The translations under genes were made by a program, and so were the position numbers. This document shows, piece after piece, positions 23,660 through 31,731 of a stretch of 64,000 nucleotides of DNA (positions are counted from its first letter, which is position 1; each line of letters starts with the position of its first letter). Below the pieces are notes generated by a model. That model had not been told where the DNA came from. It searched no databases and worked only from the letters and a program-made list of their open reading frames with translations. This DNA comes from Betaproteobacteria bacterium (GTDB lineage Bacteria > Pseudomonadota > Gammaproteobacteria > Burkholderiales > JACQAP01). The DNA lies in contig JANLTJ010000212.1 of NCBI GenBank assembly GCA_031362885.1, positions 975 through 64,974 on the forward strand, read 5' to 3'.

Positions 23660-25102
23660 ATGGACGCCAAAAAAACAACCAAACCCGATCTGCTGATCGT
23701 CGATGATGACCCGCTCATCATCGATACCTTGAGTTTTGTACTGGGCAAGGACTACAACGTACGAGCGGCGTCCTCCAGAACGCAAGTGAAGAGCCTGTTG
23801 CGCCAGCTTGATACCGCGCCGGAACTGGCATTGGTTGATCTGGGCCTGCCCCCGTCGCCTCATCGTCCTGATGAGGGATTTCAACTGATCACGGATCTGC
23901 TGGCGCACTCGGCGTCGATGAAGATTCTGGTTCTGTCGGGGCAAAGCGACGAATCCAATGCCCGCTATGCCCGCACTCTGGGCGCGGTGGAGTTCATCGC
24001 CAAGCCGTGCGAACCCGAAGTGCTCAAGTCGATGCTCGCCAAGGCCATGCGCATGGCGGCGGTGCAGGAGGAATCGGCCAAGGTCGATACCGGCATCATC
24101 GGCACTGGTCCTGCCATCAGCAAGCTGCATCAGCAGATCGCGCAATATGCGTCGGCCCCGTTTCCGGTTCTCATTGAAGGCGAATCGGGCAGCGGCAAGG
24201 AGTTGGTGGCCCGATCGTTGCACGAACAAGGCCCGCGGGCGGGAAAACCTTACCTTGCCCTCAACTGCGCCGCCATTTCGCCTACGCTCGTCGAACCCAC
24301 GCTGTTCGGCTACGTGAAGGGTGCGTTCACCGGGGCGACGTCCTCGCGTTCGGGTTACTTCGAGGATGCGCAGGAAGGCACGCTTTTTCTGGATGAAATC
24401 GGCGAATTGCCCCTGGAATTGCAGGCAAAATTGTTGCGCGTGCTGGAGAACGGGGAGTATCAGCGTGTTGGCGAAACACAGAGCCGAACCTCCAATGCGC
24501 GGGTTATTACCGCGACCAATCGCGATTTGCGGCAGGAAGTGCGCTCAGCGCGGTTTCGCCCGGATCTCTACCACCGGCTCTCGGTATTCTCGATTTCGGT
24601 GCCTGCGTTGCGCGAACTCGGCGATGACAAGCTGAAGTTGCTTGAGCACTACTGTGAGATTTACGCGCGCCAAAGTCAGGCCAAGCCGTTCAAGCTCGAT
24701 CACAAATCTCTTGAGTTATGGGCGCAGTATGGCTTTCCCGGAAACGTGCGCGAATTGCGCAACATCGTGATCAGACTGAGCACTAAGTTTCCCGGACAAA
24801 CCATCAACACCGACCAATTGATGGGCGAATTCGACTGGGAAGACCCGATGTCCGCCCCGTCCGATGCCGGCCAGACCAGGGACATCAAGACGTCGATGCA
24901 AACCGCCCGCAAGCACTTGCAAACACAGAAGGGATTCATGCTCGACGAGGCGCTGCGCGATCTTGAACGCAGCTACGTCGAGGCGGCCTTGGACATTACT
25001 CACGGCAACCTCAGCCAGGCGGCGAAACTGCTCGGCATCCATCGCACGACGCTGTACAGCCGCATGCAGAATTATGCGTCCGGCGCGCAAGAAGGCAACT
25101 GA
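23660..25102 (+). CDS. sigma-54-dependent response regulator (receiver + AAA+ EBP + Fis-type HTH), PrsR/AtoC-like
   Basis: Receiver LLIVDDDP...LVDLGLPPSPHRPDEGF...AKP. EBP core GESGSGKELVARSLH, GAFTGA loop (KGAFTGATSSRSG), TLFLDEIGELP. C-terminal HTH GNLSQAAKLLGIHRTTLYSRM. Confidence 0.9.
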   Translation: MDAKKTTKPDLLIVDDDPLIIDTLSFVLGKDYNVRAASSRTQVKSLLRQLDTAPELALVDLGLPPSPHRPDEGFQLITDLLAHSASMKILVLSGQSDESNARYARTLGAVEFIAKPCEPEVLKSMLAKAMRMAAVQEESAKVDTGIIGTGPAISKLHQQIAQYASAPFPVLIEGESGSGKELVARSLHEQGPRAGKPYLALNCAAISPTLVEPTLFGYVKGAFTGATSSRSGYFEDAQEGTLFLDEIGELPLELQAKLLRVLENGEYQRVGETQSRTSNARVITATNRDLRQEVRSARFRPDLYHRLSVFSISVPALRELGDDKLKLLEHYCEIYARQSQAKPFKLDHKSLELWAQYGFPGNVRELRNIVIRLSTKFPGQTINTDQLMGEFDWEDPMSAPSDAGQTRDIKTSMQTARKHLQTQKGFMLDEALRDLERSYVEAALDITHGNLSQAAKLLGIHRTTLYSRMQNYASGAQEGN

Positions 25103-26631
25103 TGTACTACAAGTATTTCGGTCTTGCCCGCGCGCCCTTCAAGATCACGCCCGATACGGACGTGTTCTTCGAGGGCGGCAATCGCGGCGCAATACTGGAA
25201 GCCCTGATTTACGCGATTTCAAACGGCGAAGGCATCATCAAAGTGACGGGCGAGGTCGGCAGCGGCAAAACCATGCTCTGCCGCGTGCTGCAAACTCGCC
25301 TGCCGCCCAATGTGGAGACGGTCTATCTGGCGAATCCAAGCGTGTCGCCGGAGGAAATACTGCATGCCATCGCCTTTGAATTGCGGCTGCCGGTGCCCAA
25401 GGACGCGGGTCGCCTGGAAGTCATGCATGCGCTCAACGAATATCTGGTCGAGCGTCATGGCCAGCAGCGCCAGGTTGTCGTCTTCGTGGAAGAATCCCAG
25501 GGCATGCCGATTTCCACACTGGAAGAAATCCGGCTGCTTTCCAATCTCGAAACCAAACAGCATAAATTGCTGCAGATCGTTCTGTTTGGCCAACCCGAGC
25601 TCGACGACAACCTGCGACAGCAAAACATCCGGCAACTTCGCGAACGCATTACGCATAGTTTCAGCCTGGCGCCCCTGGACGCGGAGGACGTCAAGGCGTA
25701 CCTGACCTTTCGCTTGCGCGCAGCCGGATATCACGGCCCTGATTTGTTTAGCCGCAGAGTAATCGCTTATATGGCCAAAGCCTGCGGCGGCTTGACGCGA
25801 CGCCTGAATCTGGTCGCCGACAAGGCGCTCCTGGCGGCGTTTGCCCAGGGGACTTATAACGTGACCTTGCAGCACGTCAAATCCGCGGTTCGCGACAGCG
25901 AATTCAGCCGGGTGGAACCGCCGCGTCGAAACGCCTCGCCTGTTCGCTACGCTGTTGGGGGACTGGCGATTGGCGGCGCGCTTGGAATCGCGGTCCTTGT
26001 CGCCTATCAGGCGCTTATGGCGGAAGACCCGGCGACTTTGGAAACAGTGCCGCCGCCCTCCGCTCAGCAGCCGCTTGCCGCACCCCAAACAGCGCCAATA
26101 GCAGTCACGCCCGACCTGCCGGAACCCCCCGTGGCGAGAGCATCTCCCGAGCCGCCGAGCGAACCACTGCCTCCGGTTGCGCTCGCGCGCAGGGTCGAGT
26201 CGGCGGTTGTCCATCGCCCGGCGCAAGGCCTGTCTTCGTCCACGGTTGCGACTTCCGCACCCGGGCCGGGTGAGCCTTCGCAGGCCGGTGAGAACGTCGA
26301 TCTGCTGGAACAGCGCATGCAGGCGACGGAAAAGTGGTTGCTCGAACAAAATGACGGCGCCTACAGCTTGCAATTGCTTGGTTCCAACGAACACGATCTT
26401 CTTCGGGAGTATTTGAAGACGATCGCCAAATTTGTTGAAATCGAAAAGGTTTATGTGTACCGTACCAGTGCGAACGGACGCCCTTCCCTGACGGTGCTGT
26501 ACGGGACTTTCGGGACCCGTAATGGGGTGGCACAAGCACTGCAAGGTCTGCCGGAAGCGTTGAAAGTAAACCGTCCTTATTACCGGACTATTCAGGGCAT
26601 CCGCTCTGAGATTGCCCGTCAAAGATCGTAA
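25102..26631 (+). CDS. ExeA/GspA/MshM-like AAA ATPase fused through a TM and Pro-rich linker to a SPOR-like domain
   Basis: N-terminus YFGLARAPFKITPDTDVFF...VTGEVGSGKT (Walker A) and VVFVEESQ. TM at aa 283-305, Pro/Ala linker aa 306-395. C-terminus YSLQLLGS...LTVLYGTFGTRNGVAQAL resembles SPOR. ATG shares one nt with the upstream TGA (TGATG). Confidence 0.8.
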   Translation: MYYKYFGLARAPFKITPDTDVFFEGGNRGAILEALIYAISNGEGIIKVTGEVGSGKTMLCRVLQTRLPPNVETVYLANPSVSPEEILHAIAFELRLPVPKDAGRLEVMHALNEYLVERHGQQRQVVVFVEESQGMPISTLEEIRLLSNLETKQHKLLQIVLFGQPELDDNLRQQNIRQLRERITHSFSLAPLDAEDVKAYLTFRLRAAGYHGPDLFSRRVIAYMAKACGGLTRRLNLVADKALLAAFAQGTYNVTLQHVKSAVRDSEFSRVEPPRRNASPVRYAVGGLAIGGALGIAVLVAYQALMAEDPATLETVPPPSAQQPLAAPQTAPIAVTPDLPEPPVARASPEPPSEPLPPVALARRVESAVVHRPAQGLSSSTVATSAPGPGEPSQAGENVDLLEQRMQATEKWLLEQNDGAYSLQLLGSNEHDLLREYLKTIAKFVEIEKVYVYRTSANGRPSLTVLYGTFGTRNGVAQALQGLPEALKVNRPYYRTIQGIRSEIARQRS

Positions 26632-26716
26632 TGGATAGCAACTGGACGCCCGACAATGCGGCATAACCAAACAAGTTGCGTCCCGGAATGTAGAGAACGT
26701 TTTCACGGGTTCGAAA

Positions 26717-28627
26717 ATGACCAATGAACAGGGAGGAAACGAGCCACGTAGCAGGGCGGCATCACGATCCGTGACGCGGGCTTCGGCGTGGGGTCGTCTA
26801 CTGACGACGGCTCGTGTGGTGTCCGCCGCCTGCCTGCTCGCGCTTGCCGCTGGCGGGTGCGCTGCCGTCAGGCCCAAAGTTCCGCCATCGCAAGGACACC
26901 TCGACTCCGGCCGCGTAGCCGCGAAAGCAACGGAAGAAAAGATCCCGGCGCCGGTTACCAGCAACAACTTCGTCCCTGCGCCCAAGCCCCAGGTCAAAGT
27001 CCCCACTTACAGCGTTGTGGTCAACGAAGTGCCGGTCAAGGAGTTGCTGTTCGCGCTTTCGCGCGACACCGGGCAGAACATTGACGTGCACCCGGACGTA
27101 AGCGGCTTTGTGACCCTAAACGCGATAGACCAGACACTGCCTTCGATACTCGATCGCATTTCAAGGCAAGTGAACATTCGATATACCACCGGCGAAAATT
27201 CCATTTACGTAATGGCAGATAGCCCTTTTCTGAGAAGCTATCGCGTTAATCACGTAAACGTCCAGAGAGATACCGCGAGCTCAATAGGTGTCAGCGGTGA
27301 CATTGGAGGCGGTTCATCCAGTAGCTCCGGTGGGTCACAGACGTCGGGAAGCAATTCCGCAACCATCGTCACCGCAACTTCAAAGAATAATTTCTGGGAG
27401 ATATTGCGCGACAACATGAGAAGCATTTTGACCTCGGCACGGACAGCGGAACTTCCGAAAGCAGAGCGAGAATTAGAGCGGAGCGCGATCGTTGACCAAA
27501 TAAGGCTCGATGAACGGCGCGCGGCGCTTTTAGCGGACGCCAGTCGCAACAACAATCAGCAGCTTGCGACAGGAGTTGCACTTGCCACACTGGGGGGGCC
27601 AGGCCTAACGGCCAACGCAGCCAACATCTCCCGTGCTATCACGTCGGCTGAGATCGGAAATGACGTTATCGTCAATCCCTTGGCGGGTACCGTTACGGTC
27701 ATGGCGCCTGAACGGCTGCACAAGCTTGTTCAGGAGTATCTCGACAATGTGAATAATGCGTCGCAGCGGCAAGTGCTGATCGAAGCCACTATCGTCGAAG
27801 TCCGGCTTTCCAACAATTATCAGGGTGGCGTGGACTGGAGCCGGATAGCTTCCGGGACCGGATTCACTTTCAATCAACAGTTGCTCGGCACCAGCCTCGG
27901 CACCGCCCCAAGGATGATTGTGGGGTATACCAATCTGACTTCGACTGTCGGCAATATCGCTGCGTCGCTACGGTTATTGGAGCAATTCGGCAATACTAGG
28001 GTGCTGTCGAGCCCGAAGTTGATGGCTCTGAATAACCAGACGGCACTGCTTAAAGTCGTGGACAATATCGTTTATTTTGAAGTCAAGTCGGATACCACCC
28101 CAGCGACTCTGGCGAGCGCCGCGATAACCACCTTCACGACAACTGCGAAGACGATTCCGGTAGGGCTGATCATGAGCGTGTTGCCTCAGGTGACCGACAC
28201 CGGAACAGTCAACCTCACGGTACGACCGACGATTTCGAGCGTAACCCGCTTTGTTCCCGACCCCAATCCGTCATTGCAAGTGGATGGCCAAGGCAATCAG
28301 CTCGCCAATCCAGTTCCAAATCTGATTCCACAGATCCAGATTCGGGAAATGGAATCCGTGCTTCAGGCCGGCAGCGGCCAGACCATCATACTGGGCGGGT
28401 TGATGCAAGATGACGTACAGCGCAACCGCGACGCCGTGCCCGGCCTGGGCAAGTTACCCTCTCCGATTGGTGACGCCTTCAGTTTCCGTGACGAAAGAGT
28501 GCGCAAGACCGAGCTGGTAATCTTTCTCAAGCCGACCGTAATCAGCAATCCCTCGCTGGATAGCGACGAGCTCAAGTTTTTCCGCCGTTTCCTGCCCACG
28601 ATCGACCCGAGCGGCAAGACACCATGA
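26717..28627 (+). CDS. secretin (GspD/PilQ superfamily, MshL-like), probable lipoprotein
   Basis: Candidate lipobox LALAAGG-C (Cys48). N-domain KELLFALSRDTGQNIDV. C-terminal secretin core VLSSPKLMALNNQTALLKV...DAVPGLGKLPSPIGDAFSFRDERVRKTELVIFLKPTVI. Confidence 0.9.
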   Translation: MTNEQGGNEPRSRAASRSVTRASAWGRLLTTARVVSAACLLALAAGGCAAVRPKVPPSQGHLDSGRVAAKATEEKIPAPVTSNNFVPAPKPQVKVPTYSVVVNEVPVKELLFALSRDTGQNIDVHPDVSGFVTLNAIDQTLPSILDRISRQVNIRYTTGENSIYVMADSPFLRSYRVNHVNVQRDTASSIGVSGDIGGGSSSSSGGSQTSGSNSATIVTATSKNNFWEILRDNMRSILTSARTAELPKAERELERSAIVDQIRLDERRAALLADASRNNNQQLATGVALATLGGPGLTANAANISRAITSAEIGNDVIVNPLAGTVTVMAPERLHKLVQEYLDNVNNASQRQVLIEATIVEVRLSNNYQGGVDWSRIASGTGFTFNQQLLGTSLGTAPRMIVGYTNLTSTVGNIAASLRLLEQFGNTRVLSSPKLMALNNQTALLKVVDNIVYFEVKSDTTPATLASAAITTFTTTAKTIPVGLIMSVLPQVTDTGTVNLTVRPTISSVTRFVPDPNPSLQVDGQGNQLANPVPNLIPQIQIREMESVLQAGSGQTIILGGLMQDDVQRNRDAVPGLGKLPSPIGDAFSFRDERVRKTELVIFLKPTVISNPSLDSDELKFFRRFLPTIDPSGKTP

Positions 28628-29937
28628 GCTTGTTGCTCGAAGCCCTGCAGAAGGCCTCGAAGAACCGCGACGAAGCAAAGGCTGGGACCACGGGCGATAT
28701 CATGGCGATGGCGGAGGAACTGGCGCTGGAGCCGACAATGTCCGCGCCCGACGCCCTGCCGGATTCGGCAGGCTCGCCGACTGCCGCCCAGGCGGCAACC
28801 TTGTTGCAGGCCCGAAGCGTACCGGGATTCAACGTCCTGGATTACGCACGCGAGCACTACATGATCAGTTTTCTTGGGTTCGCAATTCTTTTTGCCCTTG
28901 GGTACGGAACCTATGTTTACGTGCAGGTGGCCCAGCCGTTTCGCAGTCCCACGCCCGCATTGGCTCCCTTGGTGGCCGCGCCGCAAAGCGCAGCCATAGC
29001 CAGCGCGCCGCCGCCGGACAGCGCAAAAATAACTGGATTACCTGGTGGCATGACGTCGTCGGACGGCAGCGCCGGGGCGGGCGCCATGGCCGCCACCGCC
29101 AATGCTGCGGATGCATCCGGGCAACCGGCCCCGCCTGCGTCCGCTCCGGTCTTCGACGAACCGATGGCCATGCCTGCGGCCAGAAAAAAAACATCCGCCA
29201 AACCGGCCTCGGCCCCGAGGGCGAAGGCCGCGTCTCGCAGCACGTCGAATTCCGCGCCGCTCACCGATGCGGGCGATAGAGTAGAAACAATCGTGATACC
29301 GACATCACGGCCGGAGCCCGGCGGTGTCGAAGTGCGGAAGGACGCGACAAGGCAAACGCAAGTTACTCCGGTACTGATGCAAGCTTATGAAACTCTTCAG
29401 CGCGGAGAAAACGCGAAAGCCAGAGAACTGTACGAACAATTCCTGCAGCGCGAACCGCGCAGTATTGATGCCTTGCTCGGGCTCGGCGCCATCGCGCTGG
29501 GTGAAGGCCGGCTGGACGATGCCAGCGGCTATTACCAGCGGATCCTGGCGCTGGATCCTCGCAATTCCTATGCGCAGGCCGGCTTGATTTCTATTGTTGG
29601 TGGCGCGGATCGTCCGGCCAGTGAATCCCGGCTCAAACAACTCATTGCCCGCGATCCATCGGCGTTCCTGAATTATTCCCTTGGCAATCTGTATGCCGAA
29701 CAGGGGCAGTGGCCTTCCGCGCAGCAAGCCTATTTCCAGGCCTTTCAGATGCAACAGGACAATCCGGACTACGCATTCAATCTGGCTGTCGGACTGGATC
29801 ACCTCGGCCAGGACCAGCTTGCGCTCGACTACTACCGCAAGGCGCTGGATCTGTCTTTCAAGAAAGGCCACGCCAATTTCGATCAAACTCTCGTCATCCA
29901 GCGCGTCGGCCAGCTTTCCGCTCGCGTAGAGCAGTGA
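28624..29937 (+). CDS. bitopic TPR-repeat pilus biogenesis protein (MshN-like, GspB-like N-terminus)
   Basis: N-terminus MSLLLEALQKASK. One TM (ISFLGFAILFALGYGTYVYV), an Ala/Pro/Ser-rich linker, then C-terminal TPRs (AKARELYEQFLQREPRSIDALLGLG...YYQRILALDPRNSYA...YYRKALDL). ATGA overlap with the secretin stop. Confidence 0.7.
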   Translation: MSLLLEALQKASKNRDEAKAGTTGDIMAMAEELALEPTMSAPDALPDSAGSPTAAQAATLLQARSVPGFNVLDYAREHYMISFLGFAILFALGYGTYVYVQVAQPFRSPTPALAPLVAAPQSAAIASAPPPDSAKITGLPGGMTSSDGSAGAGAMAATANAADASGQPAPPASAPVFDEPMAMPAARKKTSAKPASAPRAKAASRSTSNSAPLTDAGDRVETIVIPTSRPEPGGVEVRKDATRQTQVTPVLMQAYETLQRGENAKARELYEQFLQREPRSIDALLGLGAIALGEGRLDDASGYYQRILALDPRNSYAQAGLISIVGGADRPASESRLKQLIARDPSAFLNYSLGNLYAEQGQWPSAQQAYFQAFQMQQDNPDYAFNLAVGLDHLGQDQLALDYYRKALDLSFKKGHANFDQTLVIQRVGQLSARVEQ

Positions 29938-29947
29938 GTTAGCGTCA

Positions 29948-31651
29948 ATGGCCGAGCAGCGCAAGAAGCTTCGTCTGGGGGAGTTACTGGTTCAGCAAGG
30001 CCTGATCACTCTGGATCAGTTGCGCATCGCACTGACTGAGCAGAAAACCCAGATCATGCCCATTGGGCGGCTTCTGGTCCGGCTCGGATTCGTCACCGAA
30101 GCCGTCATCCGCGACATCATGGCGCGCACCATTGGCCAGGAAAGTATCGATCTTTCCCAGGCGCTGGTTGACGCGGAAGCGCTCAAACTCGTCCCTCAGG
30201 AATTCGCCCGGCGCCATCGTCTGCTGCCGATCGCGTATGACGCCGAGAAGAATTTGCTGATTGTCGCCATCACCGAAGTGTTCAATGTTGTCGCGCTGGA
30301 TCAGTTGCGCGCCACGATCGGGCAGAACATCCAGATGAAAACGGTGCTTGCGGGCCAGGCACAGTTGGACGAATTCATCGACCAGTTCTACGGCCACGAG
30401 CTGTCGGTGGACGGCATCCTGCGCGAAATCGAGACCGGAGAAATCGATTACCAGAGCATGCAGACGCTCGGCGACGAATACACCCAACCGATCGTCAGGC
30501 TGGTTGGTGCCCTGATGGTCGATGCGGTCAAGCGTGGCGCGTCAGATATTCACTTCGAACCGGAATTCGCTTTTCTGCGCATACGCTACCGCATTGATGG
30601 CGTGCTGGAGCAAATACGCAGCCTGCACAAGAACTATTGGCCAGGCATCGCGGTGCGAATCAAGGTCATCAGCGGCATGAACATCGCCGAAACGCGTGCG
30701 CCGCAGGACGGACGTCTTTCGCTTAACCTCAATGGCCGTCCAGTGGATTTTCGCGTGTCCTCACAACCCACGATCTGGGGCGAGAACATCGTTTTGCGCG
30801 TACTCGACCGCGAAAAGTCGATCATAAGCCTTGACCAGTTGAAGCTGACCAAGCCGGTGATGTCTCGACTCAATCTCATGCTTGCCAGACCGGAAGGCAT
30901 ATTGATTATTACCGGCCCGACCGGAAGCGGGAAAACAACCACGCTTTATTCGATGCTGGCCAAGCTCAATGTCGAGTCCGTGAACATCATGACGCTGGAA
31001 GATCCGGTTGAATATCCGGTGGCGATGATGAGGCAAACCTCCGTATCCGAAATGGCAAAGATAGACTTCGCGAACGGCATACGCTCAATCATGCGCCAGG
31101 ATCCCGATATCATTCTGGTCGGAGAGGTGCGCGATCGGGAGACGGCGGAAATGGCGTTTCGCGCGGCGATGACCGGCCATCAGGTGTTTACCACCCTGCA
31201 CACCAACTCGGCGCTCGGCGCGTTTCCACGCCTGCTCGATATCGGCATCGCGCCTGACATCATGGCCGGTAACATCATCGGCATCATTGCGCAGCGGCTG
31301 GTGCGGATTTTGTGTATTCATTGCAAGGAAGGTCACGATCCCTCCGTCGAAGAACGCCGCCTGCTCGGACGCGAGGCAAGCGAGCAGTTCCGGATATTTC
31401 GGCCCGTGGGCTGCGGTCATTGCAGCAACCGGGGATATCGCGGCCGCATGGCGATTATGGAAATACTGCATATGGATGCCGATCTGGACGAACTTGTCGC
31501 AAGGCGCGCGACTCCGAGAGAATTGCGCGAGACCGCGCTGTCCAAGAACTTCCGCACACTTGCCGAAGAAGGCGTTGCCCGCGTTGCCGAAGGCGTGACC
31601 AGTTTGGCCGAAGTGGCCCGCTCGATCGACCTGACGGGTCGCGCCGGCTAG
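29948..31651 (+). CDS. GspE/PilB-family assembly ATPase with N-terminal MshEN domain (MshE-like)
   Basis: Walker A GPTGSGKTT, Walker B DPDIILVGEVRD, His box TGHQVFTTLHTN, zinc motif CIHC...CGHC. N-terminus RLGELLVQQGLITLDQLRIALTEQ matches the MshEN motif. Confidence 0.95.
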   Translation: MAEQRKKLRLGELLVQQGLITLDQLRIALTEQKTQIMPIGRLLVRLGFVTEAVIRDIMARTIGQESIDLSQALVDAEALKLVPQEFARRHRLLPIAYDAEKNLLIVAITEVFNVVALDQLRATIGQNIQMKTVLAGQAQLDEFIDQFYGHELSVDGILREIETGEIDYQSMQTLGDEYTQPIVRLVGALMVDAVKRGASDIHFEPEFAFLRIRYRIDGVLEQIRSLHKNYWPGIAVRIKVISGMNIAETRAPQDGRLSLNLNGRPVDFRVSSQPTIWGENIVLRVLDREKSIISLDQLKLTKPVMSRLNLMLARPEGILIITGPTGSGKTTTLYSMLAKLNVESVNIMTLEDPVEYPVAMMRQTSVSEMAKIDFANGIRSIMRQDPDIILVGEVRDRETAEMAFRAAMTGHQVFTTLHTNSALGAFPRLLDIGIAPDIMAGNIIGIIAQRLVRILCIHCKEGHDPSVEERRLLGREASEQFRIFRPVGCGHCSNRGYRGRMAIMEILHMDADLDELVARRATPRELRETALSKNFRTLAEEGVARVAEGVTSLAEVARSIDLTGRAG

Positions 31652-31731
31652 CACCTCGACGCGAGCGTCGCGCGACATTCACGGCAAAATCGGTTTGAAT
31701 CCAGACAGACCCTTTCACAGACGAGCAGCCA

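Noticed and set aside
25219-27006. 595-aa minus-strand ORF
   Set aside because: It lies antisense to the ExeA-like ATPase and the secretin start. It is Arg/Gly/Pro-rich with no motif. The plus-strand genes carry clear Walker, SPOR and secretin signatures, so this is a GC-driven shadow ORF.
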